Shown piece by piece: positions 39,082 to 50,855 of a stretch of DNA of 64,000 bases (the first letter of the stretch is position 1; each line of letters starts with the position of its first letter). The notes under the pieces were generated by a model. The model made no database searches. It saw only the letters and a list, made by a program, of their open reading frames with translations, and was not told the origin of the DNA. Made by a program: the position numbers and the translations under genes. The stretch covers positions 30,194,001 through 30,258,000 of the forward strand of contig NC_043010.1 of assembly GCF_006345805.1 (NCBI RefSeq), read 5' to 3'. Origin of the DNA: Octopus sinensis (Eukaryota).

Positions 39082-39389
39082 ATACATACACCGTGACCGA
39101 CCAGGCTATTAGATGTTGCTACACATCGCTGGTCACAATGCGCTTCGCATTGTTTTAGCCTTCAAATGACGCCACCCCGCTGGCTAAGCGAGCAGGCCAA
39201 CAGAAGAAAGAGTGAGAGAAAGTTGTGGCGAAAGAATACAGCAGGGATCGCCACCACCCCTTGCCGGAGCCTCGTGGAGTTTTAGGTGTTTTCGCTCAAT
39301 AAACACTCACTACGCCCGGTCTGGGAATCGAAACCGCGATTCTAAGACCGCGAGTCCGCTGCCCTAACCACTGGGCCATTGCGCCTCCA
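39082..39389 (-). mobile_element. tRNA-derived SINE
   Basis: Head tggaggcgcaatggcccagtggttagggcagcggactc; 5' 180 nt shared with 52538-52717. Confidence 0.8.
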
Positions 39390-39406
39390 TATATATATAT
39401 ATATAT

Positions 39407-41900
39407 ACTAGCAGCTAAACCCGGTTTCACCCGGTCTGTTTGGATGTGGCTGTGATCGTTTTCGGTTAAGCATAATCTATAAGAGCGTTTCTCAACCTTA
39501 TCATTTCGGGTCCCCTGTTTCAACTGGAGCCTCCAGCTGTATGAAAATTTCCTGACCCACTCCCTTGTCACAAAACAGCTTCAGGCATTGTGAAGAACAA
39601 ATTTGTACGTAGTCTGTTTCTGAGAGCTATTCTATTGGACCTCTGTCTAATCATTAAAACATTGGGCGATCTTTAGATATGGGAACACACGACTGTCACT
39701 ATAAACCATGTGTGTTTATTTACATTTTTGAAGATGATCATCGGTTTCTGTAAGAAGCTTTTATTTTTTTAATATGGGGTTGGGTGGAAAGGGGATCTTT
39801 TGAAGTCGGCGTGAAAGCGAAAGAGACAGAGCGCGATTGTATGTGTGAACTTGGCGTAAAGCGGAATAATTGATATGCGTGTGTGTGTGTGTTTGATGGG
39901 GTGTGCGAGACAGAGTGTGTGATGTGTATGTGAATTGCTTATGTTAGTGTGTGTGAAGAGACAGAGTAATGTTGCTGGTGTGTGTGTGAATGTTAGAGAG
40001 AGTGAGATAACTGAAATTTCTTATTCACTTTTTGTAGTGAGTGAATGTGTGTGTGAGTGAGAGAGAAAAAGCGAGAGAGAGAGAGAGAGAGAGAGTGAGA
40101 GAGAGAGGATATGTATGTATGAATGATTTCAGTGACACACACACACGCATGCAGGTTGTTATGTATGTAGGGAGAGTTTACGTCCAGATTTGTATGTTGT
40201 GCTTTATGTATGTAATATGCTCACCTCTCTCTATATAAACGGCAGTTTGTCTGTCTGCGTGTCTGTGTGTCTGTTAGGTTGTACCCTCACCCTGACCACG
40301 GCTTTCAACCGATTCTGATGAAACTTGACACACACATAGCCCAATGTCATAATTCAAAACTAACGCAGCGAAAATTTTGAAAAGTTCCCCCGGTTCTGAA
40401 AAAAATCGATAAATTCGACATGGGGTCGAGAATCAGAAACACAAACCACAGACTGTCTAGGGGACGCAACTCGATCTTTTTAACTCTCAACTCCATCAAT
40501 ATCCAGCTACTTGAAGCTATTCCTGGTAATGTTCACGTCTACAAATCTATTGATAGGACAGCAGACCCCGCCGAGCTTGCCTCAATGAAGAAATATATTT
40601 TAATTTAGAGATAGTATATAGGGTATACTATCTCTAAATTAATATATATATATATTATATATATATATATACTAGCAGCTAAACCCGGTTTCACCCGGTC
40701 TGTTTGGATGTGGCTGTGATCGTTTTCGGTTAAGCATAATCTATAAGAGCGTTTCTCAACCTTATCATTTCGGGTCCCCTGTTTCGACTGGAGCCTCCAG
40801 CTGTATGAAAATTTCCTGACCACTCCCTTGTCACAAAACAGCTTCAGGCATTGTGAAGAACAAATTTGTACGTAGTCTGTTTCTGAGAGCTATTCTATTG
40901 GACCTCTGTCTAATCATTAAAACATTGGGCGATCTTTAGATATGGGAACACACGACTGTCACTTATAAACCATGTGTGTTTATTTACATTTTTGAAGATG
41001 ATCATCGGTTTCTGTAAGAAGCTTTTATTTTTTTAATATGGGGTTGGGTGGAAAGGGGATCTTTTGAAGTCGGCGTGAAAGCGAAAGAGACAGAGCGCGA
41101 TTGTATGTGTGAACTTGGCGTAAAGCGGAATAATTGATATGCGTGTGTGTGTGTGTTTGATGGGGTGTGCGAGACAGAGTGTGTGATGTGTATGTGAATT
41201 GCTTATGTTAGTGTGTGTGAAGAGACAGAGTAATGTTGCTGGTGTGTGTGAATGTTAGAGAGAGTGAGATAACTGAAATTTCTTATTCACTTTTTGTAGT
41301 GAGTGAATGTGTGTGTGAGTGAGAGAGAAAAAGCGAGAGAGAGAGAGAGTGAGAGAGAGAGGATATGTATGTATGAATGATTTCAGTGACACACACACAC
41401 GCATGCAGGTTGTTATGTATGTAGGGAGAGTTTACGTCCAGATTTGTATGTTGTGCTTTATGTATGTAATATGCTCACCTCTCTCTATATAAACGGCAGT
41501 TTGTCTGTCTGCGTGTCTGTGTGTCTGTTAGGTTGTACCCTCACCCTGACCACGGCTTTCAACCGATTCTGACGAAACTTGACACACACATAGCCCAATG
41601 TCATAATTCAAAACTAACGCAGCGAAAATTTTGAAAAGTTCCCCCGGTTCTGAAAAAAATCGATAAATTCGACATGGGGTCGAGAATCAGAAACACAAAC
41701 CACAGACTGTCTAGGGGACGCAACTCGATCTTTTTAACTCTCAACTCCATCAATATCCAGCTACTTGAAGCTATTCCTGGTAATGTTCACGTCTACAATC
41801 TATTGATAGGACAGCAGACCCCGCCGAGCTTGCCTCAATGAAGAAATATTTTTTAATTTAGAGATAGTATATAGGGTATACTATCTCGAAATTAATATTA
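39407..41900. repeat. Tandem duplication (period 1264 bp) of Helitron-like non-autonomous sequence
   Basis: Units start at ACTAG 39407 and 40671; near-identical; each ends in an 18-19-bp hairpin. Confidence 0.9.
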
Positions 41901-41949
41901 ATATATATATATATTATATATATATATATATTATATATAGTGTGTGTGT

Positions 41950-41985
<36 letters not shown>

Positions 41986-42649
41986 TGTGTTGTGTGTGTA
42001 TGTATGTATGTATACGTTAATATCAAGCAGTGAGAATGTGTGCTCAACACCGCATTAGCGGATTCTTTATTCAATATTCAATATTCTTTATTTGTGGATT
42101 AACCTGGTTTCATATTCAAAGAGGGCGGCGAGTTTGCAGAATCGTTAGCACGTCAGACAAAATGCTCAGCAACATTTCATCACTCTTGACTCCAAATTCC
42201 ACCAAGGTCGACTTTGCCTTTCAGCCTTTCCGGGTCGTTAAAACAATATCAGTCTAGTACCTGAATTGACGTAATCGACTTATCCCCTTCCTCGAAATTG
42301 CAGGCCTTGTAATTTGAAACAAATATATATATTCCCATCAAAACAAACAATATAATTATGCATCTAAAACCTCATTACCCATGTACATTACAACAATACG
42401 CTAATAATATATAATAACTATTATTATCATACACCTCCCAAGTATATCAGTAATACACAATACTCATACCCTGGTACCCTAATAATATATATATGAAATA
42501 CTCAAGTAAAATAATTGAAATCTTCATACATTTGTTGGTTTTCATATCTATAGTTTATATTTTTGTTTTATATTTTGTGTTCAGTATATTTTGTTTTATA
42601 TATTTTTTAAATATTTTCTTTTATATTATGTTTCATTTTCTTTCTGTAG

Positions 42650-42740
42650 ATTGCTATTCTGTGGAGCAAGGAGGTAACATTGATCCCCTACTACACTGAG
42701 TTATTACGAAGCAGTAATTATTGCGAATGGCTTGTAACAA
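42650..42740 (+). CDS. Exon (phase 0-1): IAILWSKEVTLIPYYTELLRSSNYCEWLVT
   Basis: ttttctttctgtag| and acaa|gtaagt, 91 nt open. Confidence 0.75.
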
Positions 42741-43099
42741 GTAAGTAATTTATTTCTTCTTCATATCGTTGAATGTTGTTATAGAGCGAAGCATCGAATT
42801 CGCAATCTCTATATCTCCATAAAGCAGTGAGCTGGCAGAGTCGTTACTATGTCGGACAAAATGTTTAGCGGCATATCTTCCAGATCTTTATGTTATGAGT
42901 TCAAATATTACTGAGGTCAACATTGCCTTTCATTCTATAGAGATCGATAAAACAGTCGAGCATATTATGTTTTTTTAATTTTTCATTTTGTTTTATGTTT
43001 GGCAAATTTGTTGTGATGATGTTAAAAATGTTTTGGTGACGCAGATTGTGTGTTACTAGAAATGGTATTGTGTTCCGTTGATGGGATTCATCTTTCTCG

Positions 43100-43410
43100 T
43101 ATTGCCCTCAGTTATTCTATAGGTGTCTCTTTTGCTCGTTGTACGCTATTTTCTATAAGTGGGAGTAGAAATCCTTTAAGTTCTATAAGTCGTATGTACC
43201 TGATATTTGGATCATCTACTATAGTATAAATTTTCCTGGGTAAGCAATACGGGATATTGCGTTTTGCGTGTGTTGGGTCGCATGATTTGAAATTTAGGTA
43301 CTGGTGTGTATCTGTGCTTTTGTTATAAATATCAGTTGTGATTATGGTATTATTTTTAATTACCCTTTTGTCAAGAAATGGTAATTGTGTGTTGCTCATT
43401 CCTTTAAATT
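43100..43410 (-). mobile_element. Penelope-like RT C-terminal (thumb) fragment
   Basis: LPFLD..TDIYNKSTDTHQYLNFKSCDP..KRNIPY. Confidence 0.8.
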
Positions 43411-44044
43411 TACCACCCACCTATCTACCTACCCACCTACCTACCCACCTACCTACCTAGCTACCCACCTATCTACCTAGCTATCTACCTACCTACCTAG
43501 CTACATACCTACCTACCTACCAGGCATTCACAAAGTAATAGAGAGGGACAGACTATCTGAAGACTATGGAAATATTTACCTATTTAAAGACTATGAAAAT
43601 ATCTACAAAACATTTCACTTAATTTTTTTCCAATTTGTTTTTCTTATTTTACTCTTAGTTGAAAAAGTCTAAAAGACAGAAACCGATAATAAAACGTACT
43701 TCATGATATAGTTATTTTAGCATTTTCTACCTAGTCTTATTTTCCTTACACATACCAACTCGTGTGTTACTTTTCTACCTTCCACACACACACACACACA
43801 CTTTTTTTATGAAAGCTGCAAAAATATAAAAAAAACTGTTATTCACAGTTTCACGTTCCCGTCGGGCAGTTATGAAGGCTGAGTGGATTCCATTCTGTAT
43901 GTGATGCTTTTCTATATGCAGTTTTGTGATGTTTTTGAAGCTCTAATGAAAAAGAATATTACTCTACCTTCGGTATTCGAGTACTATTTTTTTCACCTTG
44001 TTTTACATTTTAATGCTTACTCGAGTGTGTGTATGTGTGTGTAT

Positions 44045-44390
44045 AGGGTAAAGATCTCCTTCGGTCATGAATGACGACGGGATTGCACCTAGAAAGTTCC
44101 CCTCTGAGGCACAAGTCCGGGTAAGGTTGTTTGCGGAAGGCCTGCAGTATCCCATGCATACTAGCCTCTCCTCTCCATGCCACCGATGTTATCCAAGAGA
44201 AAAGCAAAGGCCGTTATAGCTTCGCACCAGTGACGTCGTAACCTATTTCTACAGCTGAATGAACCGGAGCAATCGTGAAATAAAGTGTCTTGCTCAAGAA
44301 CACAACACACACCCCGGTCCGCGAATCGAACTCACTACCTCATGATTGTCAGCCTGACGCTCTAATCACTGAGCCATGCGCTTTCACACA
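44045..44390 (-). mobile_element. tRNA-derived SINE
   Basis: tRNA-like head (reverse complement of cactgagccatgcgc, ggttcgattcgc B-box) and cttgctcaagaacacaac body motif. Confidence 0.65.
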
Positions 44391-44971
44391 CACGTGCACA
44401 CACTCACATAAACACATACACATACGCGCGCGCACGCACACACACATATGAGAGAGTACTGAAAGGTTCTTGTCTGTAAGGCTATCACGAAAGGCCTGGT
44501 AAGAGGCTCAGCCTTCCAAGTCCTTGTACTGGGCTTAGAAAAACTGAAGCACCGCTGCAATAAGTGTGAATCTGAGAAGGGAATATGTTGAATAAAATCA
44601 TAATTAACTGATCTTCATGTATTTTCTATTACCCACAGCTACGAACTTTTCAGCACCCTCTGTATACTCGTGTGTGTGTGTGTGTTGGGTGTATTTAAAT
44701 ATGTATGTATATATATATATAAAACTATCTATCTATCTGTACGCATCCATACACACACATAAATATATACACTATATATGTGTGTGTAAAATATATACAC
44801 TTTCATCCAGCCAGCCGGCGGAAGAGTGACTTAGTAGTAACACAATGTTTTCACTCACCGTTTTAGGTACCTATATAGTCGCAGAAGATAACTTTCATCC
44901 TCCCCACCCTATACCCTTGACCCAACTGAAGATTCAGAATGTCACAGCTGGAAAGTAAGAGCTGGTGCTTA

Positions 44972-46290
44972 TCAGATCACCCCATAAGTTCTGTTCGATT
45001 TTATCTTTTTTGTTTTAAATTGAATGATATTTATAGTATTTTAGAAGTCTAATAGAATTAAAAATTATTTTTATACATTTGTTTACATTTAAAATAATTA
45101 AATATTATTTTGCAGGATAATAAGAATTAAAATTTCTTTGATTAAAACCATTTCTAACATGGAAATATCCAAAGAGCATTTGAGGTACATAATGCTTTAT
45201 AAGTACAAAAAAGGAAACTCTGCAAACGAAGCAACTCGAAACATACACTCAGTATATAGGGAAGAATGTATGAATGAAAGAACTTACAGAAGATGGTTTG
45301 CAAAATTCAGAAGTGGAGATTTTAGCCTTGAAGATGAAGATCGAACAGGGCGTCCAGCTGATTTTGATGATAAGCTCCTTGAGCCATTACTTGAAGAAAA
45401 TCAGTTGATGATAAGCTCCTTGAGCCATTACTTGAAGAAAATCAATTGAAAAATTGGCATTAAAGCTTAGTTCAAACCTTAGTTCATCGTCATCTTCAAC
45501 AACTTGGAAAAGTTCCTAAACCTGGAAAATGGGTGCCTCATGAATTGTCCGAAATCAACCGCAAATCCCGAGTTGACATCTGCTCTTCTCTCCATTCTCG
45601 CAAACTTATTTCTCTCTTTTTGGATAGACTTGTGACTGGTGACGAAAAATGGATCTTCTATCGAAATGTTAAACGTCGTAAATAGTGGCTTGGTAAAAAG
45701 GAAAAAAAGCTCAACCACAACCGAGAAGGAAACTTCATGGGGAAAAGGTTCTTCTCTCTATCTGGTGGGATTGCAAAGGAGTAATTCACTTTGAATTGTT
45801 ACCACCTAATGCAACAATCAATGCGCAAGTCTACTGTCAGCAATTAGAACGTTTGAACCAAGCTTTGAAGAAAAAAAGACCCGCTTTAGTGAATCGAAAA
45901 GGAGTGATGTTTCATTAGGGCAATGCACGACCCCACACTGCAAAGATCACATCACAGAAGATCGAAGAGTTTGGTTGGGGAAAAATTCCTCATCCACCTT
46001 ATTCTCCCGACCTTGCTCCTTCAGACTACCATTTGTTTCGTAGTTTACAGAATCATTTGGGGGACATAACTTTCGCAAGCCAGGAAGAGGTCGAAACTGA
46101 CATTTCAGAGTTCTTCGCTTTGAAACCAAAAGAGTTTTACATTGATGGGATTAAAAAGCTTGTAAATAGATGGAAGGAAGTCATAGATAACCAGGGAACG
46201 TACATTGATGATTAAATTTCAATTAAATATAACATTTGATCACTTGTTTGTTTTATTCAAAATTCGGACAGAACTTATGGGCTGGCCTGA
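44972..46290 (+). mobile_element. Near full-length mariner (DD34D type), inactive
   Basis: ~30-bp TIRs flanked by TA (44970-71, 46291-92); WVPHEL, TGDEKW, HPPYSPDLAPSDYHLF; stops and a 41-bp internal duplication. Confidence 0.92.
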
Positions 46291-46661
46291 TATTTCAGGA
46301 GCGACATGAAACAAAGTACTTTGCTCAAGGAGACAACACACCGCCCGATCTAGGAAATGAAACTTATCATCATGAATCGAATACCCTGACCACTTGACCA
46401 CGTGGCTTCATACACATATTTGCACTCACAAATACATACATGCATAGATAGATAGATAGATACATACATACATACATACATACATACATACATGCATACA
46501 TAAATACAAACATACATGCATGCATACATACATAAATACATACATACATACATGCACACATACATACATACATAAATACATACATACATACGTACATACA
46601 TACATACATGCATACATACATACATACATGACCTTATTTGTATAATATATATATATATTTG

Positions 46662-46754
<93 letters not shown>

Positions 46755-46877
46755 TAGTAGAGTGAAAAAACGACAGAAGGCTTGAATGTTAAAAAATATT
46801 ATATTTGCGTCAATATGTCTGAAGAATATTAGAAAATTTAAAAAAAATTTTTTCCTTCTTATAATGACATAAATTAA

Positions 46878-46916
46878 AAGAAATACCGGTTTCGCGTGTA
46901 GCTTTTCAAATTTCTT
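46878..46916 (-). ncRNA. Degenerate hammerhead, U3:A8 core
   Basis: AAGAAA/TTTCTT helix I with one extra nt, TTGAAAA, GC/GC helix II, GAAACCGGTA. Confidence 0.45.
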
Positions 46917-47995
46917 GTGACGTTATGTTTATATTGCATGGAGTTATCGTTGTGTTTATTTTCAGGAGATTATAAATAAAGGGAGGTAGTGAGTGATTTC
47001 TTCCGGTGTAAGGGAGATAATCGCTTAAAATTTTTTTCCTTTCCCTTGTGAATTTCTCTGTGTCAGTATGTTCGGATGGTTGAGTCTGGGGGTTTCTACT
47101 TTTCAATGAAGAATGTTTCCTTGTTCAGTCTCATTTGTGTTGATGATCCGAAAGCACATTGGTAAAATGGAAGATTAAAAATGTGGCAGTAGTTGCTTTG
47201 CGCATTTCTCAATGTGCTCACTAAAAGATATCATTCTATATTCTGGGAATGCAATCTGTTGTCGATGCAGTGTGCATCTACGCCTGAGTGATAGTCCCGT
47301 GGAACCCACGTAGTCTTGGTGGCAGCCCGAGCATTTTATGACATAAATTATGTTTTCAGAGGCACAAGTAAAGTTAGATTTGATCTTGAATTTTTGTCCC
47401 TCTTTAAAGAGGAATTCTGATCCTTCTAGCAGGTTAGGGCATGTTGCACAGTTCGATCTACCACATTTTTTTACTTTTGCATCCGTAATTTCAGAAGACA
47501 ATTTTGCCTTTGTGAGAATCTTTTTAAGTGATTTAGGCTGTTTGTAGCTTTTAATGATTTGGTGTATGTTTAGAATTCCTTTAATTTGGGGTTTTTATGA
47601 AGTATCGGTAATTCTGGGTGATGATGGTGAAGGCTTATTTGTTTCTGGGGTTGTATGTAGATATGTAAGTAGTATTTTCGGGGAAGGTGTTGTTGTGTTG
47701 AACTTTTCTTAAAGTTTCTATGTTGATTTCTGTTGCACGTCTGATCCCATCCTCTATGAGTTGAGCTGGGTAATGTCTGTCAATTAGGGTGTTTTTGAGT
47801 TCTTGCAGTCTAAAGTTCCTGGTATTTTGTTCTGACACTATTGTGCATATCCTTCTTGCAAGGTTGAAGGGGATGTTTGTTTTAGTGTGTCTTGGGTGGC
47901 ATGAATTAAAAAGAAAGGTATGTTTGGCGTCTGTGGCTTTGTAAAAAATGTCTGTTTCATTTTTAAGGTTAATTTTTTTAATTAGTAGATCCAAG
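46900..47995 (-). mobile_element. Penelope-like element, 5'-truncated (RT thumb plus GIY-YIG)
   Basis: TDIFYKATD..FNSCHPRHTKTNIPFNLARRI; KCGRSNCATC..NIIYVIKCSGC..YVGST..L..R. Confidence 0.9.
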
Positions 47996-47996
47996 A

Positions 47997-48036
<40 letters not shown>

Positions 48037-48118
48037 ATATATATATACTATATATATATATTAAGAAAAATAAAAACGGAAAATACGCACACTTACATGG
48101 TTATAGTATAATTTTTAA

Positions 48119-48155
48119 TGTATCGACCGGTTTCGCAATCGCTATTCATGATACA
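48119..48155 (-). ncRNA. Minimal type I hammerhead, A3:U8 core variant
   Basis: TGTATC/GATACA helix I, ATGAATA, GC-GATT-GC, GAAA, palindromic ACCGGT helix III, GUC. Confidence 0.55.
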
Positions 48156-48485
48156 ATGTTTAATTTATATGAAAATATATTTTTTCTTAAGAAGAAAATG
48201 GGTTCATGTTGTTTATAATGGGATTCACGACTGAATGATTTTACAAGTTGACAAGTAAAGGGAGGTAATTGGTTGTTATTATTGTTATTGTTGTCTGTAA
48301 GGGAGATAAGTGTTTAGGTTTTGGGTGGGGAAAAATATGTGTACAGAAGGGAGACAGGTTTAAAAGAAAAAAGGGGGCCTTGTTTAGTGGGGGATTTATG
48401 TACAGTGATGTAATATGTAAAAATATAAAAATTGGTTATGCGTGCTTATTCAGACGCGTTTTGTATTTTTCAATGAAAAAAGTTG

Positions 48486-48521
<36 letters not shown>

Positions 48522-48693
48522 CATAAGAGGGATCAGCCATCTGAATGTGGCTAGGGTCAGGGCGGGGTGGTGGGGGTGTTACTGATGCATTTAGCCCCAG
48601 GCGAACATCGACGTCACCAGAAGAGCTGACACCATTCGGTGTCCTTGCCAGCCAGCAAAGGGGAATCAGCCTCCCCGAAGATACGGATACTAC

Positions 48694-48734
48694 ACACGGA
48701 CCGGTTTCGAGGTTATTGCCTCTTGTCAACGTAT
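48694..48734 (-). ncRNA. Type I hammerhead, U3:A8 core variant
   Basis: ATACG/CGTGT helix I, TTGACAA, GAGG/CCTC helix II, GAAA, ACCGGT helix III, GUC. Confidence 0.7.
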
Positions 48735-49158
48735 AGTAAGCACCGCTCTTCGTTGAGGGACTTCCTCTACCGGCTGGATATATATAGATTTTCACAGTAA
48801 CCACAGTCACTGGCGTAGAAAATATGCTCGAAAACAATAATAAATCTCTGGGCGAGATATAAACAGTAACTGCTCTATAACATAAAAGGGATCAGCCATC
48901 TGAATGTGGCTAGGGTCAGGGACGTCGATGTTCGCCTGGGGCTAAATGCATCAGTAACACCCCACCACCCCGCCCTGACCCTAGCCACATTCAGATGGCT
49001 GATCCCTCTTATGTTATAGAGCAGTTACTGTTTATATCTCGCCCAGAGATTTATTATTGTTTTCGAACAGATTTTCTACGCAGTGACTGTGGTTACTGTG
49101 AAAATCTATATATATCCAGCCGGTAGAGGAAGTCCCTTAACGAAGAGCGGTGCTTACC

Positions 49159-49198
49159 ATACGTTGACAAGAGGCAATAACCTCGAAACGGTCCGTGT
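49159..49198 (+). ncRNA. Type I hammerhead, U3:A8 core variant (1 nt missing in helix III)
   Basis: atacg ttgacaa gagg caataa cctc gaaac g gtc cgtgt. Confidence 0.65.
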
Positions 49199-49420
49199 GT
49201 AGTATCCGTATCTTCGGGGAGGCTGATCTCCCTTTGCTGGCTGGCAAGGACACCGAGATGGTGTCAGCTCTTCTGGTGACGTCGATGTTCGCCTGGGGCT
49301 AAATGCATCAGTAACAACCCCACCACCCCGCCCTGACCCTAGCCACATTCAGATGGCTGATCCCTCTTATGTTATAGAGCAGTTACTGTTTATATCTCGC
49401 CCAGAGATTTATTATTGTTG

Positions 49421-49453
<33 letters not shown>

Positions 49454-49454
<1 letters not shown>

Positions 49455-49852
49455 CTAGCAGTATTGCCCGGCGTTGCTCGGGTTTGTAAGGGAAATAACT
49501 ATATAAGCATTTTTAGAGATGTAAAGTATAATAGCCATCTCAATATGGCTAACCGCAAAGGGGAGGGGTGTTACTGTAGCTTTTTACGTTCTGAGATTTA
49601 ATAATACATTTTTAGAGAGTTACTTCCCTTATATATGCCAAAAATGCATTAAAAATGGGAAAAATTTATGGTAATTTTTTTTTTAAATCGTAGACTCATC
49701 GTAGACGCGCGCTAATACCCAGAAGGGCTCGATATGAATCACGACTATAAGATACCCGGTTTTGGTTCAACTGCATCGCAAAATGTGGGAGTAGTTAGGA
49801 ATCTAAATCGTAGGAGACAGACAGCACACAACCTCTCTTTTATATATAAAGA
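49454..49852 (-). mobile_element. Non-autonomous Helitron-like element
   Basis: 5' TC start at 49852, subterminal hairpin cccg..cggg and CTAGT 3' end, inserted in (TA)n; same 3' end at 63928. Confidence 0.7.
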
Positions 49853-49994
49853 TATATATATATATATATAATGAAATTGTTAAATCTTCCAACTTATAAA
49901 CTTGTGACTCTAAAACGAGTAAACTTGTGATTCCAAAAGAAAGACTATGACAATAGTTATGAAAAGATTCGTTCTGTTCTTTTTTTTCTTTCAG

Positions 49995-50390
49995 AAAACC
50001 TAATTACAACATCTGTAACAACAACAAGCGAAATAACAACAGAAGAAGATACACAACCGGAAACAACTTCTATCACAGCGAAAACAGAATATACTCAAAA
50101 CGCGGGGATAACTAGTAACATTGAAAGAGAAACAACTGACGCAGTGAAAGTCACCAAGCCAGATTTCCATATAAAAACAGATGCCTCCCATGGAACAGAT
50201 GACCAAAATAACAGACAAGACAGCACTAACCCAGTAGTTACGGGGCCTTGGATTGTTTTCACTAATGACAGTGTTAAGTACACCAGTACTCAGAAAACTA
50301 CTCAGAAAATTACTCGGAAAGGAATAACTCCTGAGTATAACAGTACTAGATACAACAGAAGTAGGGTCGATAATACTGTGGCCATTGGAA
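49995..50390 (+). CDS. Exon (phase 1-1), Thr/Ser-rich mucin-like stalk
   Basis: tttctttcag| and ggaa|gtaagt; 396 nt open: NLITTSVTTTSEITTEEDTQPETTS...NTVAIG. Confidence 0.8.
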
Positions 50391-50537
50391 GTAAGTATAA
50401 TTTTATTACTCTATGTTTATCATCGAAACACATCAATTACAGGCCAGTCTTCACACGATAACCGTTGACTAGGAAATGATAGAACAAATAAGCAAACATA
50501 TATACATGAATACATACATACATACATGCATACATAC

Positions 50538-50568
<31 letters not shown>

Positions 50569-50594
50569 CATACATACATACATACATGACTAAA

Positions 50595-50855
50595 ATAATA
50601 AATAAATGCGCCCTTTTAAAACCTAGCCAGACTCATGGGGCCGGTTTCCCGGTTTCTATGGCGTGTGTGTTCCTAGCTGGACGGGACGCCAGCTCATCGC
50701 AGAGTTACTCATTTTTGCCAGCTGAGTGGACTGGAACAACGTGAAATGAAGTGTTTTGCTCAAGAACACAATGCGTCGCCCGGTCCAGGAATCGAAACCA
50801 CAATCTTACGATCATGATGCTGATATCCTAACCACTAAGCCACACGCTTCCACAC
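50595..50855 (-). mobile_element. tRNA-derived SINE (same family as 1022-1275)
   Basis: Reverse-complement similarity along the whole length. Confidence 0.8.

Larger units (their letters stand above)
48518..49419. mobile_element. Inverted multimer of a non-coding ~358-nt hammerhead-bearing unit (retrozyme-like or PLE pLTR-derived)
   Basis: Unit restarts at 48518/48877 and 48921/49278; strand switch at 48920/48921; (TA)n on both sides. Confidence 0.75.
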
